From the NCBI GenBank assembly GCA_019116805.1, contig DXAV01000068.1, forward strand, positions 21,709 through 85,708: a stretch of 64,000 bases of DNA. The letters are read 5' to 3'. The notes under the pieces were generated by a model. The model saw only the letters and a list, made by a program, of their open reading frames with translations, had not been told where the DNA came from and did no database searches. Made by a program: the position numbers and the translations under genes. The stretch is from Candidatus Bacteroides merdavium. GTDB lineage: Bacteria; Bacteroidota; Bacteroidia; Bacteroidales; Bacteroidaceae. Each line of letters begins with the position of its first letter. Position 1 is the stretch's first letter. Positions 17,295-27,593 of the stretch are shown here, piece after piece.

Positions 17295-19208
17295 ATGAAA
17301 CGATTGATATTATGGGCTTGTCTGCTTCCGTTGTTTGCTGTAGGAGGACAAGCCGAAGATGCTGAGTTGGCTGAATGCCAACAGGCATTGAGGCGTGCTG
17401 TGCAGAGCAGGAATACTGATAGTATTGCAACGGCATATTGCCACTTGACGGAGTATTATGCTTATCGGGATTTGGACAGTACGCGTTACTACTGTCTTGA
17501 AGGATTGAAGTATGCCGACCGCAACAAGGCTGAACCTTATCTGGTGTTGCTTGTCAATCTGGCTGTTACCTATCAGGATGAGGGGAATATGGAAGAATGT
17601 TTGCGAAGGTACCAGGAAATATTGCCGGAATGTGTCCGTCTGGGTATGGATACGGAAGAACAGGCCGGAATGTTGACTTCCATGGGTGTCTGTTTCCGTC
17701 GGATGTCCATGCCTGATTCGGCTTTGGCTTATTATAACCGTGCTCTTGAGTTGTTGGATGTCTCCCGTCCCGATGAAACAGGTTCGCGTACCCAGTTGCT
17801 GACAAACATTGCTGTTTTGTATGCCAATACCTCCCGTATGGATGAAGCGGAGGCATATGTACGTCGGGCGATGGAGGTTGTTCCCACTTGTGGCGATCTT
17901 GATATGGTAATCCATGCTGCATCAACGGCAGGTGTCATTTTGAGTATGAGGGGAAAGGATGAAGATGGCATAAAAGCCATACGGCAGGCCTTGGATATGG
18001 CGCGGGAACAGGGAAAGCCTAAATTTATTTTAAGATGTCTGACCTATTTGGCTGGTACCTATAGTCGTATGGACAATCGGGTTGAACTGATGAAATGTGT
18101 GAAAGAAGCGGAACCTTTGCTGTCTGTATTGCCGGAAAACTCAACGGAAGTGTTGGGTTATTATGAAAAGATAAGCGCAATATATGCGGAGATGGGCCGT
18201 TATCGTGAGAGTTTGGATATACAACATCGTCTGTTAAAGTTGAAGGAAGTCAATATGGCTGTACCTTTGGACAAACTGTATCTCAATATAGCGCAGAATT
18301 ACAAAGGGCTGAAAGACTATCCGCAGGCTTTTGAGTATTATGAGCGTGCCATGGCTACGGCTGACAGCCTGCATCAGGCAGACATTAATGCTGAGTTATC
18401 AGAATTGGCCGTGAAGTATGATACGAAGGAGAAAGAATTGGAGATAGCCCGACTGAACGCGCAGCAATTGACACAGCAGAACCGTATCATGTTGTTAGGC
18501 ATTGTAGCGGTATCGGCAGTTGCTTTGATTGTGTTGTCCGCCGTATGGTATCTGTTCCGCCGTCGCAGGCTCAAGAAGGAGGAGGAGCTGAAATTGGCGC
18601 AACGTTATATTGAAGGATTGGAACGTGAGCGTAAACGTTTGGCCAAGGAACTGCATGATGGCGTGTGCAATGATCTTTTGGGCATCGGGTTACAATTGCA
18701 ATGTTTGCCTTCAACGGAACAAAGTAAGGAACAACTGAAAGACATGCTGGAGAAGGTAAGGACTGATGTCCGTTTCATATCGCACGAGCTGATGCCGCCA
18801 CAGTTCCAGCGGGTGACACTGAAGGATGTGTTGGAGGACTATGTGTCCCGTATATTGGAAGCGCAGTCGGCTGATTGGGATGTGGAGACCTCGGCAGACG
18901 GACGTACCTGGGAAAGTGTTCCCGAGGAATGTTCGTATGAAGTCTATCGTATCTTACAGGAATTGCTGTCCAATGTTGTGAAGCATGCAGAAGCAAAATG
19001 GATTGGAGTCAGGTTACTCCTTTCCGAACATGGACTTACGTTGCGGATTGTCTATCGTGGTAAGCCGGGACCTTCGGACAATGTGCCGGGAGAGGGTATA
19101 GGACTGACTACCGTGAGCGAGCGGGCAAGGGCGATAAACGCGGAATTCAAGGTAGAAACGTCGGATGGAGAGCAGCGGATGGCCTTGATTGTGCCTTTGC
19201 CTGATTAA
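17295..19208 (+). CDS. TPR-containing membrane sensor histidine kinase (HisKA_3 type)
   Basis: Signal peptide, TPR repeats, TM helix, ERKRLAKELHDG H-box, QELLSNVVKHA N-box and GIGL G2 box. Confidence 0.9.
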   Translation: MKRLILWACLLPLFAVGGQAEDAELAECQQALRRAVQSRNTDSIATAYCHLTEYYAYRDLDSTRYYCLEGLKYADRNKAEPYLVLLVNLAVTYQDEGNMEECLRRYQEILPECVRLGMDTEEQAGMLTSMGVCFRRMSMPDSALAYYNRALELLDVSRPDETGSRTQLLTNIAVLYANTSRMDEAEAYVRRAMEVVPTCGDLDMVIHAASTAGVILSMRGKDEDGIKAIRQALDMAREQGKPKFILRCLTYLAGTYSRMDNRVELMKCVKEAEPLLSVLPENSTEVLGYYEKISAIYAEMGRYRESLDIQHRLLKLKEVNMAVPLDKLYLNIAQNYKGLKDYPQAFEYYERAMATADSLHQADINAELSELAVKYDTKEKELEIARLNAQQLTQQNRIMLLGIVAVSAVALIVLSAVWYLFRRRRLKKEEELKLAQRYIEGLERERKRLAKELHDGVCNDLLGIGLQLQCLPSTEQSKEQLKDMLEKVRTDVRFISHELMPPQFQRVTLKDVLEDYVSRILEAQSADWDVETSADGRTWESVPEECSYEVYRILQELLSNVVKHAEAKWIGVRLLLSEHGLTLRIVYRGKPGPSDNVPGEGIGLTTVSERARAINAEFKVETSDGEQRMALIVPLPD

Positions 19209-19318
19209 GGCTGCTTTTTCGGTATGTTAGGTGCCAAAATCACTATTTCTGATGATGCGGAATAGGGATAAAAGGCTTTTCTTTGCATCATTAAAACCAG
19301 ACACGATAGAGAGAACTG

Positions 19319-19972
19319 ATGAAAGGAAAAGATATACGAATATTGTTGGTGGACGACCACGACCTGGTGTTGCAGGGACTGAAGCGTATTGTCGAGTGTT
19401 CGCTTCCGGAGATAAAGAATGTGTGTACGGCTTCGTCAGGATATGAGGTCGGCTTGTTGGCCGCTTCGCAGCATTTCGACCTTTTTGTATTGGATATGGA
19501 GTTGCCCGATGTGTCAGGGCTGGAGCTCATATCTACTCTCCGTAACCTTGATCCCCAGGCCTGTATTCTGGTCAATACGATGCACGAGGAAATCTGGTAT
19601 ATCAAGAACCTGTTGCAGTGTGGAGTCAACGGCATTCTGTTCAAGTCAACGGATTCCGGCAAGATAACCGAGGCCATTCGCCGGGTATTGGCGGGCGAGA
19701 CTTATTATTGCCCCTATGCCGAACACGTGCGGACGCAGATGAAGCGTCTGGAAGAAAAGCGCCCAGAAGACCTGACCTTGCGCGAGCTGGATGTGCTGAA
19801 ACGTATCTCCGAGGGGAAGAACACGCAAGAGATTGCACGTGAGCTTTGTGTGTCGACCAATACGGTTGACACGCATCGCAGGCATCTGATGGAGAAGATG
19901 GGGGCTCGTAATGTGGCGGATCTTATCATGACCGCCATATCTAAGGGTATTATTCCTATACGTAAATATTGA
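19319..19972 (+). CDS. NarL/LuxR-family response regulator
   Basis: LLVDDH and VLDM receiver motifs; LTLRELDVL...EIA...STNTVDTHRRHLMEK HTH. Confidence 0.95.
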   Translation: MKGKDIRILLVDDHDLVLQGLKRIVECSLPEIKNVCTASSGYEVGLLAASQHFDLFVLDMELPDVSGLELISTLRNLDPQACILVNTMHEEIWYIKNLLQCGVNGILFKSTDSGKITEAIRRVLAGETYYCPYAEHVRTQMKRLEEKRPEDLTLRELDVLKRISEGKNTQEIARELCVSTNTVDTHRRHLMEKMGARNVADLIMTAISKGIIPIRKY

Positions 19973-19998
19973 AGAAAGGCACTCTTATTGTATATACT

Positions 19999-20539
19999 AT
20001 GAACGTTAATGAGAAAAAAAAGCCTATAAGCATTTATGGAGGGGCGGTATTTACTGTACTTGCGATTTCTGTCGTATGCGCGTGGGCGTTGTTCTATCTG
20101 ACGAATTTCAAGCCTGTCGCTTTGTTTAAGACGACGCGTTATACCTTGACCCATGAAATGGGTATGAGTTTTTTCTATGACTTTCCGGGCGGCAAGGAGC
20201 AGGAAGTGCTCTATTGGGACGAAGCGGGAGGTGAAGATGTTTCAGAGCGTCCCGAACCGAAGCCTGGCGAACGTTGGATGGATTTCTTTCGGCTTGTACT
20301 TCATCCTGATTTTTACAGGAGTTCTGATAACTATTGTAGCTTTCTGTGTGGGAGTCTATTTCTTTTTGAAACTTTTGCCCGGAGCGATGGCAACTGCGGG
20401 AGGTATTGTACGGAGAGGTGATGAACCCAGTCACGATTGTTGTCGTACATGCCGATGGTCCAATGGAAATATCTGTCAGCGTCACAATGGACACATTTCA
20501 GATCCGGACAGTAATTGCTGTACCGACTATATGAGATGA
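19999..20539 (+). pseudogene. Possible frameshifted membrane protein with a Cys-rich tail
   Basis: Frame 1 from 19999 gives one TM helix and a loop. An overlapping frame (open 20168-20539) gives further TM sequence and CCRTC...C...H...CC. Confidence 0.4.
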
Positions 20540-20604
20540 ATTCAGGCACGGGTCGCGCATAACTGCATTGGGTGTAAATGCTGGCGTAATCCGTGCCTGA
20601 ATTC
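20538..20604. repeat. REP-like inverted repeat between convergent genes
   Basis: Perfect 14-bp arms GAATTCAGGCACGG / CCGTGCCTGAATTC. Shares AGGCACGG with the 8149 element. Confidence 0.8.
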
Positions 20605-20629
20605 TATAAAGTAGGGAAACTTTCTTATG

Positions 20630-21979
20630 TCAGCGGTCGAAGAGCAGTGCCTCGCCCCGATAACTTTCATTGACCTGCTGGCCGTCGTAAACGGTATGGC
20701 CGTTGACGAAGGTGCGCTCCACGCGCCAGTCGAAGGTGTGTCCCTCCAGCGGACTCCAGCCACACTTGCTCTGGATGAGGCTCTTCTCCAGCGTCCAGGG
20801 CGTGTCGGGGCGCACCAGCACGAGGTCGGCCTTCCAGCCTTCGCGGATGAAGCCGCGCTCGCAGATGCCATAAAGTTGGGCAGGGGCGTGGCACATCTTC
20901 TCTACAACCTTCTCTATCGTAAAGATACCTTCACTCACCAGCTGGAGCATGCTCACGAGCGAGAACTGCACCATTGGCATGCCCGAAACGGCTTTCAGCG
21001 CGCCGCCTTTCTTCTCGGTGATGAGGTGGGGGGCATGGTCGGTGGCGATGACGTCTATCACGTCGTCATTGATGGCACGGCGCAGGGCATCGCGGTCGGC
21101 CTTGGTCTTCACGGCCGGGTTGCACTTGATGAGGGTGTCCAGCGTGCGGTAGTCGGCCTGGCTGAACAGCAGATGGGCCACACAAGCCTCGCCCGTAATC
21201 TTCTTGCCGCTGACGGGGCCTGCCTCGAGCAGGTTCAGTTCGCGGGCGGTGGAGAGGTGGAGCACATGCAGGCGGGCACCCGTTTCGCGCGCCAGCTTCA
21301 CGGCCAGGCTCGACGAGGCGTAGCAGGCGGCCGAGGAGCGGATGTTGGGGTGCTTGCTGACGGGCACATCGTCGTCGTCGGCATATTGTGCCTTATATTT
21401 CTCTGTGTTTTTTCGGATGATGGCGGGGTCCTCGCAATGGACGGCAATGAGCAGGTCGGTGCTGCCAAAGATGGCGCGCAGGCTTTCCATGCGGTCCACC
21501 AGCATGTTGCCTGTGCTCGAACCCATGAAGAGCTTGATACCGCACACGCGCGAACGATCCAGGCGGGCAAAGTCGCCGTAGTTGTTGTTCGTAGCGCCGA
21601 AGTAGGCGGAGTGATTCACGATGCAGCGTTCGTCCAGCAGGTTGAGCTTGGCGTCGAGGGCTTCGAGGGTAGTGGTTTGCGGCAGGGTGTTGGGCATGTC
21701 CATGATGCTGGTCACGCCTCCTGCAGCAGCCGCCCGGCTTTCGCTGAGGATGTCGGCCTTGTGCGTCAGGCCCGGGTCGCGGAAGTGCACGTGGTCGTCG
21801 ATGGCGCCTGGCAGCAGGTAGCAGCCGGTGGCGTCGATGGTTTCGTCGCAAGGGGCGGAGAGGGGTTTGCCGTGGGTCAGTACTTCGGCGATGCGGCCTT
21901 GGTCGGTGATGACTACGGAGCCTTGTATGGTTTGTCCCTCGTTGACGATGAGGGCGTTGTGGATGAGGGTACGTTTCAT
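20630..21979 (-). CDS. pyrC: Dihydroorotase
   Basis: PGAIDDHVHFRDPG, DMPNT, KCNPA and ATDHAPH motifs. Confidence 0.93.
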   Translation of the reverse strand: MKRTLIHNALIVNEGQTIQGSVVITDQGRIAEVLTHGKPLSAPCDETIDATGCYLLPGAIDDHVHFRDPGLTHKADILSESRAAAAGGVTSIMDMPNTLPQTTTLEALDAKLNLLDERCIVNHSAYFGATNNNYGDFARLDRSRVCGIKLFMGSSTGNMLVDRMESLRAIFGSTDLLIAVHCEDPAIIRKNTEKYKAQYADDDDVPVSKHPNIRSSAACYASSSLAVKLARETGARLHVLHLSTARELNLLEAGPVSGKKITGEACVAHLLFSQADYRTLDTLIKCNPAVKTKADRDALRRAINDDVIDVIATDHAPHLITEKKGGALKAVSGMPMVQFSLVSMLQLVSEGIFTIEKVVEKMCHAPAQLYGICERGFIREGWKADLVLVRPDTPWTLEKSLIQSKCGWSPLEGHTFDWRVERTFVNGHTVYDGQQVNESYRGEALLFDR

Positions 21980-21984
21980 GTCTG

Positions 21985-22734
21985 TTAGCCGTTAATTTTC
22001 GGATATTTCTTGAACCAGCTGTCCCACTTCAGGCGGATGACGCCGAAGACGGCTTCGCCGAAGATGCTGGAGTTCATTTTCGAGGTGCCCAGCTCGCGGT
22101 TGATGAAGATGACGGGCACTTCCTTCACCTGTGCGCCGCACTTGTAGGCGGTGAACTTCATCTCGATTTGGAAGGCATAGCCCTTGAAGCGGATGGAGTC
22201 GAGGTTGATGGTTTGCAGCACGCGGCGGCGGTAGCACACGAAACCCGCCGTGGTGTCGTGGATGGGCAGGCCCGTGATGATACGCACGTATTTCGAGGCG
22301 AAGTAGGACATCAGCACGCGCCCCATGGGCCAGTTCACCACGTTGACGCCGCTCACGTAGCGCGAGCCGATGGACACGTCGGCCCCCTCCTCGGCACAGG
22401 CCTTGTAGAGGCGGGGCAGGTCCTTGGGGTTGTGGCTGAAGTCGGCGTCCATCTCGAAGATGTATTCGTAGTCGTGCTCCAGCGCCCAGCGGAAGCCTGC
22501 GATGTAGGCCGTGCCCAAGCCCAGCTTGCCGCGCCGCTCCACCATGAACAGGCGGTCGGCGAACTCTTCGCGTTGCAGGCGCTTGACAATCTCGGCCGTA
22601 CCGTCGGGCGACCCGTCTTCGATGACCAGGATGTGGAAACCATGCTCCAGGGCAAAGACGGCCCGTATGATGTTCTCGATATTCTCCCGCTCGTTGTAGG
22701 TCGGGATGATGACGATGCTGTCTGATGTATGCAT
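21985..22734 (-). CDS. Polyprenol monophosphomannose synthase (GT2, DPM1-like)
   Basis: IIPTYNE, DGSPDGT, GLGTAY and EMDADFSH motifs. Start placed at MHTSD. Confidence 0.92.
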   Translation of the reverse strand: MHTSDSIVIIPTYNERENIENIIRAVFALEHGFHILVIEDGSPDGTAEIVKRLQREEFADRLFMVERRGKLGLGTAYIAGFRWALEHDYEYIFEMDADFSHNPKDLPRLYKACAEEGADVSIGSRYVSGVNVVNWPMGRVLMSYFASKYVRIITGLPIHDTTAGFVCYRRRVLQTINLDSIRFKGYAFQIEMKFTAYKCGAQVKEVPVIFINRELGTSKMNSSIFGEAVFGVIRLKWDSWFKKYPKING

Positions 22735-22871
22735 ATCTTCTGTGGATTGTAAATGTGCCACAAATGTAGTGTTTTCCATTGTTTTTTCAGTAGGAAAACA
22801 GTGCTTTTCTTTGCGGCGGATATATTCTTATCCATTTTCTTCGTAATTTTGCACGGATAATTTTCACGCAC

Positions 22872-25800
22872 ATGAGCTTTACGATTACCGAACTGCAACA
22901 ACGATACGCCGCCCATCCGCAGATCGAGGCGGCCTTGCGCCTGCTGGCCGACGACCAGCTGAAACACCTCTTCGTGGGCGGGCTTCACGGCTCGTCGGCT
23001 TCCCTGCTGGCCTCGGTGCTGGTGGGGCGGGCAGGTCGCCCGTTCGTCTTTGTGCTGGGCGACGGCGAGGAGGCGGGCTACTTCTACCACGACTTGGTGC
23101 AGGTGCTGGGCGACGGACAGGTACTCTTCTTCCCCTCGTCCTTCCGCCGCGCCATCAAGTACGGCCAAAAGGACGCCGCCAACGAAATCCTCCGCACCGA
23201 GGTGCTCAGCCGCCTGCAGAAGGACAGCCGCGGCTTGTGCATCGTCACCTTCCCCGACGCGCTGGCCGAGAAGGTGGTGTCGCAGGGTGAACTCGAGGAG
23301 AAGACGCTTACCCTCCATGCCGGCGAGCAGGTGGACATGACGTTCGTCACCGAGGTGCTCCACAGCTATGGCTTCGAGCATACCGACTACGTCTATGAAC
23401 CCGGCCAGTATGCCGTCCGAGGCAGCATCATCGACGTATTCTCCTTCTCCAGCGAATACCCCTTCCGCATCGACTTCTTCGGCGACGAGGTGGAGAGCTT
23501 GCGCACTTTCGAGGTGGAGACGCAGCTGTCCAAGGAGAAGAAGGAGAGCGTGGTCATCGTGCCCGACCTCAGCAATGACCTTTCGGCAGGCGGCACGGGC
23601 GGCATGGTGTCGTTCCTCGACTTCCTGCCCGCCGACACCATCCTGGCCATGCGCGACTTCCTGTGGCTGCGCGAACGCATCCAGCAGGTGCACGACGAGG
23701 CCCTGACGCCCCAAGCCATCGCCGCCCGCGAGGCGGAGGAGAACGGTGACATCCGTCTGGAGGGCAAGCTCATCGACGGCGGCGAGTTCACCGTCCGTGC
23801 CCTCGACTTCCGCCGCCTGGAGTTCGGCACCAAGCCCACAGGCACGCCCGACGCTTCGCTTCAGTTCGACACGTCGGCGCAACCCATCTTCCACAAGAAT
23901 TTCGACCTCGTGGCCGACAGCTTTGCCCGCTATCTGGCCGACGGCTATACCATCTATATCTGTAGCGACAGCACCAAGCAAACCGACCGCATCCGCGCCA
24001 TCTTCGAGGAGCGCGGGGGCGAGAAGATTACCTTCACGGCGGTTGAGAAGACCCTGCACGAAGGCTTTGCCGACAACACGCTGCGCATGTGCGTCTTCAC
24101 CGACCACCAGCTGTTCGACCGCTTCCACAAGTACAACCTCAAGAGCGACAAGGCCCGCAGCGGCAAGGTGGCCCTCTCGCTGAAGGAGCTCAACCAGTTC
24201 CAGCCAGGCGACTACGTGGTGCACACCGACCACGGCGTGGGTCGCTTTGCCGGCTTGGTGCGCATCCCCAACGGCAACACCACGCAGGAGGTGATGAAGC
24301 TCGTCTATCAGAACGACGACGTGGTGTTTGTCTCCATCCACTCCCTCCACAAGGTGTCCAAGTACAAGGGCAAGGAGGGCGAAGCGCCCCGCCTCAACAA
24401 GCTGGGTACGGGTGCCTGGGAGAAGTTGAAGGACCGCACGAAGAAGAAGATCAAGGACATCGCCCGCGACCTCATCCGCCTCTACTCGCAACGCCGCGAG
24501 GAGAAGGGCTATCAGTTCAGCCCCGACAGCTTCCTGCAACGCGAGCTCGAAGCCTCGTTCCTCTACGAAGACACGCCCGACCAGAGCAAGGCCACGGCCG
24601 ACGTGAAGGCCGACATGGAGAGCGCCCGCCCGATGGATCGCCTGGTGTGCGGCGACGTGGGCTTCGGAAAGACGGAAGTGGCCGTGCGCGCCGCCTTCAA
24701 GGCCGCGTGCGACAATAAGCAGGTGGCCGTCCTGGTGCCCACCACCGTCCTTGCCTACCAGCATTTTCAGACGTTCAAGGAGCGCCTGAAAGACCTGCCC
24801 TGCCGTGTGGAGTACCTGAGCCGCGCACGCACCGCCGCCCAGGCGAAGGCCGTCATCAAGGGATTGGCCGCAGGCGAGGTGAACATCCTCATCGGTACCC
24901 ACCGCATCCTGGGCAAGGACGTCAAGTTCAAGGACCTGGGTCTGCTCATCATCGACGAGGAACAGAAGTTCGGCGTCAGCGTCAAGGAGAAACTTCGCCA
25001 GCTCAAGGTGAATGTCGATACGCTCACCATGACCGCCACGCCCATCCCCCGCACCCTGCAGTTCTCGCTGATGGGTGCGCGCGACCTCAGCGTCATCCAG
25101 ACGCCGCCGCCCAACCGCTACCCCGTCCAGACAGAGGTACATACCTTCAACGAGGAAGTCATCATCGACGCCATCAACTTCGAGATGAGCCGCAACGGAC
25201 AGGTGTTCTTCGTGAACAACCGCATCTCCAACCTGCCCGAGCTGAAGGCCATGATCGAGCGCAACATACCCGACTGCCGCGTGTGCATCGGTCACGGCCA
25301 GATGGAGCCGGCCGAGCTGGAGAAGATCATCTTCGACTTCGTGAACTACGACTACGACGTGCTCATCGCCACCACCATCATCGAGAGCGGCATCGACATC
25401 CCCAACGCCAACACCATCATCATCAACCAGGCGCAGAACTTCGGCTTGAGCGACCTGCACCAGATGCGCGGGCGTGTGGGACGCAGCAACAAGAAAGCCT
25501 TCTGCTACCTGTTGGCACCCCCGCTGTCAAGCCTGACACCCGAAGCCAAGCGACGCCTGCAAGCCATCGAGAACTTCTCCGACCTGGGCAGCGGCATCCA
25601 CATCGCCATGCAGGACCTCGACATCCGCGGGGCAGGTAACATGCTGGGCGCCGAGCAGAGCGGCTTCATCGCCGACCTGGGTTACGAAACCTATCAGAAG
25701 ATCCTGACCGAAGCCGTGCGCGAGTTGAAGAACGACGAGTTTGCCGACCTCGTGGCCGAAGAGCAGCAGGCGGCCGACGGCAGCGGGCAGATCAGCGGCG

Positions 25801-26276
25801 AGCAGTTTGTGGACGAATGTCAGGTGGAGAGCGACCTCGAACTCCTCTTGCCCGCCACCTACGTCACGGGCAGCAGCGAGCGCATGCTCCTCTACCGCGA
25901 GCTCGATTCGCTGGTGCTCGACAAGGACGTCGATGCCTTCCGCGCCCGCCTCGAAGACCGTTTCGGCCCTGTGCCGCCCGAGACGGAAGAGCTGCTGCGC
26001 ATCGTGCCCCTGCGTCGCCTGGCCGCCCGTCTGGGAGCCGAGAAGGTGTTCCTCAAAGGTGGCCGCATGACCCTCTTCTTCGTGTCCAACCCCGACAGCC
26101 CCTACTATCAGAGCCAGGCTTTCGGCAAGGTCATCGCCTACATGATGAAGTACACCCGCCGTTGCGACCTGCGCGAGCAGAACGGCAAGCGCAGCATGCT
26201 GGTCAAGGACGTGCCTACGGTCGAAGAAGCCGTTGCCACCCTGCAGGAAATGGTGGCGATGGCGGTGGAAGAATAA
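22872..26276 (+). CDS. mfd: Transcription-repair coupling factor
   Basis: CGDVGFGKT, DEEQKFG, TATPIPRT and QMRGRVGR motifs plus a TRCF C-terminal domain. Confidence 0.98.
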   Translation: MSFTITELQQRYAAHPQIEAALRLLADDQLKHLFVGGLHGSSASLLASVLVGRAGRPFVFVLGDGEEAGYFYHDLVQVLGDGQVLFFPSSFRRAIKYGQKDAANEILRTEVLSRLQKDSRGLCIVTFPDALAEKVVSQGELEEKTLTLHAGEQVDMTFVTEVLHSYGFEHTDYVYEPGQYAVRGSIIDVFSFSSEYPFRIDFFGDEVESLRTFEVETQLSKEKKESVVIVPDLSNDLSAGGTGGMVSFLDFLPADTILAMRDFLWLRERIQQVHDEALTPQAIAAREAEENGDIRLEGKLIDGGEFTVRALDFRRLEFGTKPTGTPDASLQFDTSAQPIFHKNFDLVADSFARYLADGYTIYICSDSTKQTDRIRAIFEERGGEKITFTAVEKTLHEGFADNTLRMCVFTDHQLFDRFHKYNLKSDKARSGKVALSLKELNQFQPGDYVVHTDHGVGRFAGLVRIPNGNTTQEVMKLVYQNDDVVFVSIHSLHKVSKYKGKEGEAPRLNKLGTGAWEKLKDRTKKKIKDIARDLIRLYSQRREEKGYQFSPDSFLQRELEASFLYEDTPDQSKATADVKADMESARPMDRLVCGDVGFGKTEVAVRAAFKAACDNKQVAVLVPTTVLAYQHFQTFKERLKDLPCRVEYLSRARTAAQAKAVIKGLAAGEVNILIGTHRILGKDVKFKDLGLLIIDEEQKFGVSVKEKLRQLKVNVDTLTMTATPIPRTLQFSLMGARDLSVIQTPPPNRYPVQTEVHTFNEEVIIDAINFEMSRNGQVFFVNNRISNLPELKAMIERNIPDCRVCIGHGQMEPAELEKIIFDFVNYDYDVLIATTIIESGIDIPNANTIIINQAQNFGLSDLHQMRGRVGRSNKKAFCYLLAPPLSSLTPEAKRRLQAIENFSDLGSGIHIAMQDLDIRGAGNMLGAEQSGFIADLGYETYQKILTEAVRELKNDEFADLVAEEQQAADGSGQISGEQFVDECQVESDLELLLPATYVTGSSERMLLYRELDSLVLDKDVDAFRARLEDRFGPVPPETEELLRIVPLRRLAARLGAEKVFLKGGRMTLFFVSNPDSPYYQSQAFGKVIAYMMKYTRRCDLREQNGKRSMLVKDVPTVEEAVATLQEMVAMAVEE

Positions 26277-26301
26277 GTGGTGGAATTTCTGTTTCCGCCT
26301 C

Positions 26302-26922
26302 CTACAGGTTGCAGAAAAGATTCACGAAGAAAGGCACGCTCAGGTCGATGAGGATGCCGTGGAAGATGGCGATGGGCATTACCTCCTTGCCCGAACAGCG
26401 CGTGATGGAGGGCAGCAGCACGTCCATCGAGTTGACGCCTGCGGCCGAGATGGGAGCCAGCTGTCCGAAGTATTTGCGGATGAGGGGCGCGCCCACCAGC
26501 GACATCATTTCGCGGATGATGTTGCTCAGCAGGGCGATGGTGCCCAGCTCCGTGGCCAACTGGAGGCCGATGGAAGGCTCCTTGAACTGCGTGATGAGGA
26601 TGGACGACAGCGAGTAGTAGGCAAATCCGCTGCCCACGGCCATGCAGTCGAACACGCTCCACTGGCTCAGCAGCAGGCTTGCCGCGGCCGAGAAGGCCAG
26701 GGTACCTGTGATGGTAGCTGCCGGCACCAGCAGCATCTTGGGGCTTAGCTTCTTCAGTTCCTGTTGCAGGCTTCGGTTGCTTCCGATGCCGATGCCCACC
26801 TGCAGCATCAGGGCATAGAGGATGCAGAGCGACCAGTTGTGCATGTCTGCCTCCGGTTGGAAGCCGGCGCCGGCCAGGCAGCCGATGCCGAAGATGGCGA
26901 GTACAATCAGATTGTTCTTCAT
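26302..26922 (-). CDS. LysO (DUF340/YbjE) family exporter, C-terminal subunit
   Basis: GSGFAYYSLS, SNIIRE and GVNSMDVLLP motifs. Confidence 0.85.
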   Translation of the reverse strand: MKNNLIVLAIFGIGCLAGAGFQPEADMHNWSLCILYALMLQVGIGIGSNRSLQQELKKLSPKMLLVPAATITGTLAFSAAASLLLSQWSVFDCMAVGSGFAYYSLSSILITQFKEPSIGLQLATELGTIALLSNIIREMMSLVGAPLIRKYFGQLAPISAAGVNSMDVLLPSITRCSGKEVMPIAIFHGILIDLSVPFFVNLFCNL

Positions 26923-27197
26923 TTCTCTTCTCCTTTCTCAAAAAACAGTTGGAAAACGATGCGTGCGGCCACGATGCTGCCTGCCAGGCTCAATATGGCC
27001 AGTATGGCTGCCTGCCATCCCACGCGCCCCAGGTTTTCCACGATGAGGCGGTTGGAGCCGATGGACAGCCCCAGCACAAACAGTAGGGCAGCGATGGTGA
27101 GCGAAGTGCTCTTCTCGATATTTTTCAGAAACTTCCCGTCGTGCAGGAAGCGGCCGATGACGATACCGGCCAGCATGGTACATATAATGCTGAACAT
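26919..27197 (-). CDS. LysO family exporter, N-terminal subunit
   Basis: LLFVLGLSIGSN motif and three TM helices. 4-bp overlap with its partner. Start placed at MFSIIC. Confidence 0.82.
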   Translation of the reverse strand: MFSIICTMLAGIVIGRFLHDGKFLKNIEKSTSLTIAALLFVLGLSIGSNRLIVENLGRVGWQAAILAILSLAGSIVAARIVFQLFFEKGEEK

Positions 27198-27309
27198 AAC
27201 GATTCTCTCTTTCTTTCTTTTGAGGTTGAACACAATGAACGGGACGGGCAGACGTCATGCGTGCCTGCCAGATTGATGAGGGTATGTCAAAAAAAGGGGA
27301 GGAGGAAAC

Positions 27310-27420
27310 TTAGATAAACCCGCTGAACCAGTGGACGTGTACCGTCTGCTGGCTGTCCGTACCTTTGTGCAGGCGGACTTTCCGACAGGTCCTGTTCGAT
27401 ATGTGTAACGTCTGGTTCAT
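27310..27420 (-). other. Candidate 36-aa leader peptide (uORF) / structured leader upstream of the lysO pair
   Basis: MNQTLHISNRTCRKVRLHKGTDSQQTVHVHWFSGFI*. -7 element TACCTTTG at 27447-27454. TGAACCAG/CTGGTTCA pairing and a following pyrimidine/T7 tract. Confidence 0.45.
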
Positions 27421-27593
27421 GAGTCTTTTTCTTGGTTTTGCGGCCGCAAAGGTATTACTTTTATGAATATATTCCAAATAAATATGCAGAAATCTATCTT
27501 TTCCCCCCTTTGTATTCCTAAAACTCTTCGTCCAACCGTTGTATATCTGACGTGCGTGCCTTAATTTTGGGCGTCATTTCAAGAAGCGAAACC

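Noticed and set aside
22353-25460. 1035-aa ORF antisense to mfd
   Set aside because: Shadow frame of a GC-rich gene with biased codons and no recognisable motifs. The same applies to 20627-21988, 27579-29429, 27692-29542, 37882-39651, 40672-42879, 43425-45095 and 45119-46579.
27310-27420. Cobalamin, lysine or NiCo riboswitch
   Set aside because: Only short resemblances (AGCCAGCAGAC, GAACAGG); the conserved cores are missing. Kept only as an unknown leader.
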